Shown: piece after piece, positions 59,793 to 64,000 of the stretch
Layout of the letters: each line of letters starts with the position of its first letter
Numbering within the stretch: position 1 is the stretch's first letter
Assembly: GCF_006345805.1 (NCBI RefSeq)
Contig: NC_042998.1
Span: 23,126,001-23,190,000, forward strand
Origin: Octopus sinensis
Taxonomy: Eukaryota
Length of the DNA stretch: 64,000 nucleotides
Direction of reading: 5' to 3'
Translations under genes and position numbers: made by a program
The notes under the pieces: generated by a model
Seen by the model: the letters and a program-made list of their open reading frames with translations, nothing else
Told to the model about the DNA's origin: nothing
The model's database searches: none

Positions 59793-60943
59793 GGCTGGAC
59801 AAAATGCTTAGTTCTGAGTTCAAATTCTGCTGAGGTCAACTTTGCCTTTCATCATTTGAGGTCAATAAAATAGGTACCAGCTATACACAGGGGTCGATGT
59901 AATCAACTAGTTCCCTCCCCTCAAATTTCAGGCCTTGTGCCTATAGTAGAAAGGATTATTATTATTATTAGGGTGCATGGCTTAGTAATTAGGGTGTCGC
60001 ACTCACAATCACGATCTCAGTTCTAAGACCGGGTGGTGTGTTGTGTTCTTGAGCAAAACACTTCATCTCACATTGTTCTGCTATCACTTCGACACCTGAT
60101 GCATGGTACACAGTCCACCTGTTCAGGCAACATTGATTTGATGAAGGGAGTAAGCTAATGTGTGGCATGAATACTTTGCTGTCTCTTTTGCTGGAGCACC
60201 GCCTTTAATCGAGCAACTCGACCCCGGGACTTATTCTTTTTGTAAGCCCAGTACTTATTCTATCGGTCTCTTTCGCCGAACCGCTAAGTAACGAGGACAT
60301 AAACACACCAGCATCAGTTGTCAAGCAATGCTAGGGGGACTAACACACACATGCATATATATATATATATACATATATACGACGGGCTTCTTTCAGTTTC
60401 CATTTACCAAATTCACTCACAAGGCTTTGGTCGGCCCAAGGCTATAATAGAAGACACTTGCCCAAGGTGACACGCAGTGGGACTGAACCTGGAACTTACT
60501 ACACAGCCACTCCTATGCCTGGGTATATAATAAAAAAATTCACAGAAGCAAAAACACGAATTATTAGAATCTGAGGAAATTAGTAATGGTCTGTGTTGGC
60601 AAATAATACGTACAAATATTACACAAGGTGCAATAAATTATTTTGCTTTGAGGAAGAGGACAAGCTTACTGCTTAGGGTAGGAGTTTTCATTAAGAAGAG
60701 AGAGACAGAGATAGAGAGATATGATGTTCATAATTAATATTGAATAAATAGGTTGTATAAATAGCGAGAATGAGAAAAAGTAATTTAGAGTGAAGGATGT
60801 GGGAGGTGACGGGAAGTGACAAGGTGAAACATGTTAGTGGGAAGCTGTCTACCATCGTGAGGAGATAAATAGAAGTAGGGTGGGGGTAGGCAGATAAGTC
60901 AATGTCAGAAGAGCCTAGCTATCTACATATACACATACCTATT

Positions 60944-61359
60944 CTCTTTTACTCTTTTACTTGTTTCAGTCATTTGATCGCAGCCATGCTGGAGCACCAC
61001 CTTTAGTCGAGCAAATCCATCCCAGGACTTATTCTTTGTAAGCCCAGTACTTATTCTATCAATCTCTTTTGCCGAACTGCTAAGTTACGGGGATGCAAGC
61101 ACACCAGCATCGGTTGTCAAGCGATGTTGGGGGGGACAAACACAGACACACAAACATATACACACACACACACACATTTATATATATACGTATATCTGAC
61201 GGGCTTCTTTCAGTTTCCATCTACCAAATCCACTCACAAGGCTTTGGCCGGCCCGAGGCTATTGTAGAAGACACTTGCCCAAGGTGCCACACAGTGGGAC
61301 TGAACCCGGAACCATGTGGTTGGTAAGCAAGCTACTTACCACACAGCCACTCCTGCGCC
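60944..61359 (-). mobile_element. SINE family 'B'
   Basis: Full-length family match. Confidence 0.85.
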
Positions 61360-61982
61360 TACATGTAAATTTAAATACACAAAAAAAAAATAAATAAAAC
61401 AAAAGCTCATGCAATATTAATTATCAGCCACGAACCATATTTGGAAGAAGCATGTTGTGATCGTAATCACAAGATGGTACAGTATGGAGATGCATAGTGA
61501 AAGACTGATTTGCAGGCTTCAAAGAACAGATATTAAAATGACAATAGTGATAGCAATAATGGAAGTAACGATGACAACAAATAAAAAAGAAAACACTTCA
61601 TTATTTTTCATTTTTTTGTTTATGTTTTTACAAGATTGAAAAAAAAAAAAACAGAAAATGAAAGAGAAATAAATAAAAACAATTCTTTTCAAAACTCTGG
61701 ACAGCAGAAGACTGAATTTTCAAATATTCAATAGGTGAAGTATTCATTCTCTCAATAACTCAAGCAAAACACGAGGAAAAGAAAAATCTGAATAAATAAT
61801 CTCATAATTCTTCCATTATAAATAATGCATGAACGGCGCATGTGTTGTTGGTTTGGAAGCTTAATCACAGAATTATATTTTATTTTAAATAATCCTTTCT
61901 TCATCGGTCACATAGACCTTACCACATACATGGAAAACATTTCATACAAAACAGTGACAAACATGTTGGAATATATATATAT

Positions 61983-62153
61983 GGCGTAGGAGTGGCTGTG
62001 TGGTAAGTAGCTTGCTTACGAACAATATGGTTACGGGTTCAGAGACACTGCGTGGCACCTTGGACAAGTGTCTTCTACTATAGCCTCGGGCTGACCAAAG
62101 CCTTGTGAGTGGATTTGGTAGATGGAAACTGAAAGAAGCCCGTCGTATATATG

Positions 62154-62190
<37 letters not shown>

Positions 62191-62385
62191 TTGTCCCCCC
62201 AACATTGCTTGACAACCAATGCTGGTGTGTTTCTGTCTCCATAACTTAGTGGTTCGGCAAGAGACCGATACAATAAGTACTAGGCTTACAAAGAATAAGT
62301 CCTGGAGTCGATTTGCTCAACTAAAGGTGGTGCTCCAGCATGGCTGCAGTCAAATGACTGAAACAAGTAAAAGAGAGAGTAAAGA

Positions 62386-62387
<2 letters not shown>
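61983..62387 (+). mobile_element. SINE family 'B'
   Basis: Full-length family match with gtaaaagag tail. Confidence 0.85.
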
Positions 62388-62441
<54 letters not shown>

Positions 62442-64000
62442 TCCAACACACACACATATAAAAGTAAATATAAGAGCAATGGTACTATTAAAATACTATC
62501 ACTAGTGGTAATTGGATACCAGCTGTACAGACAAATTAATAAAATATATAAAGCAATATATGTGCTTATATATATATGCTGAGACCCCCTTCGGTCATGA
62601 CTGACCATGGGATTGCACCTACAAAGTTACCCTCCGAGGCCAAAGTCCGGGCAAGGTTGTTCATGGAAAACCAGCAGTCATCCATGTATACCAGCCTCCC
62701 CTCTCCATGCCACCAGTGTCATCCAAGGGAAAGGCAAAGGCTGACACAGCTTGACATCTGTGATGTTGCAACTCATTTCTACAGCTGAGTAAACTGGAGC
62801 AACATGAAATAAGTGTCTTGATCACACAACACACAGCCTGGTCCGGGATTTGAACTCACAACCTCACAATTGAAAGTTTCCATGCTAGCAAGGGTTGGAT
62901 GGTTTGACAGGAGCTAGCAAGCTGGAGAGCTGTACCAGGCTCCAGTTCTCAGTTTTGGCATGATTTCTACAGTTGGATGCCCTTCTTAACACTAACTACT
63001 TTACAGAGTGTACTGGGTGCTTTTATGTAGTACCAGTACACACACACACACACACATACAAAATACAACTTGGGACAAAAATATAGTACAATATGAAATA
63101 CATTAAAGATTCATGATATGATAAGTGCAAACATGGCTGCATGGTTAAGAATCTCATTTTGTAACCACATGGTTTTGGGTTCAAAATGTGATAAACACAA
63201 GTTTTTGTTCCCTATATACATTTCACTGTTGTGCTTGTTTGGAACCTCTACATTGAATGTTTCAAGTGCAATTGGATCCATAACCACAACGGATCAGCAA
63301 AAGCACACCTTATTGCACTAAGTTATAGAGATCAAAACCTCCATAAAGAACAAATGATATAAACTGGTGTTTATCATAACTTCTCTCCAACATTTGCTCT
63401 GTATATCATAACTAGCAATACGACTATGCTGAAGGTAAACTGGCTGATGACAATATACAAAGAGCTCAAAACTCAACAGCAACAATATAAAATATACAAA
63501 GATATACACAAGAAAGTGAGGGAACTGCTATCTATGGAGGATCAAGCTACTTCAAAACACTGACCCCTGGCGATTCTTCCGTATAGGTACCGTAAGTGGC
63601 TTTGTTTACATTTCTGAAGATAACAGGAACCCTTTTCTCCCCCCCCCCCTAACCCTACCCCCCCATATATATATAAAAAAACTCTTTCTTGAAATGTATC
63701 CGGCACTTCCGGTACCTATACCGAAGTTATGCCCTGACCCCCTTATACTGTGGGCAGTTGTCTTCTCCTGACTGCAATTTTCAGGTAGAATTTGAGAACT
63801 AGTCCTGTCATTCATACAAGCTTTCCCACTTGCAACCACATAGACTCAACAGGCACACATTCTTCTTCAGCTTTACCAGTGGGAATTGATGGAACTAATG
63901 AGAAATTGGTCAGAGAGCTAGACTCCTATCCTCAACCTTTCCAATAAGTCCAATATAAAAATCTGTTTTATCAGAGGAAAACTACAGGCCTTCTCCTTGT

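Noticed and set aside
63714-63728. loxP-like half-site (ataacttcggtatag on the minus strand)
   Set aside because: Contains an extra base relative to loxP and lacks the spacer and second arm; chance similarity.
55000-64000. Upstream SLC39A13 exons (TM1-TM3)
   Set aside because: Candidate minus-strand AG-GT segments I checked (near 58440, 58810, 60665, 63610) gave stops or no ZIP13-like sequence; the exons probably lie beyond the window, though a missed short exon cannot be excluded.

Overview
AT-rich, microsatellite- and SINE-dense animal DNA. The repeat families and composition resemble an Octopus (coleoid cephalopod) genome; this is an inference. Two minus-strand genes are supported. (1) An intact, intron-free 8,253-bp ORF (3730-11982, 2750 aa) encoding CFAP46/TTC40, with an RFX X-box and a CRE-like motif about 230-260 bp upstream of the ATG. 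(2) The 3' six coding exons of the ZIP13 zinc transporter gene SLC39A13 (54992 down to stop at 30830), all with GT-AG junctions and consistent phases; I could not find its 5' exons in this window. The rest is a layered transposon landscape: several tRNA-derived SINE families, a 557-bp solo LTR with a CTAG target-site duplication inside a SINE, 5'-truncated CR1, RTE, HERO/NeSL-type and Penelope-like retroelement remnants, piggyBac-like and other MITEs, many long inverted repeats, and a 98-bp tandem array bracketed by 52-bp inverted repeats. The most notable observations are the intronless CFAP46, a complete set of hammerhead-ribozyme core motifs in a non-standard order in the 3' UTR of a HERO/NeSL-type remnant, several Penelope-type minimal hammerheads, and long hairpins inside SLC39A13 introns. 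Repeat boundaries were read by eye and are approximate unless TSDs or TIRs are quoted.
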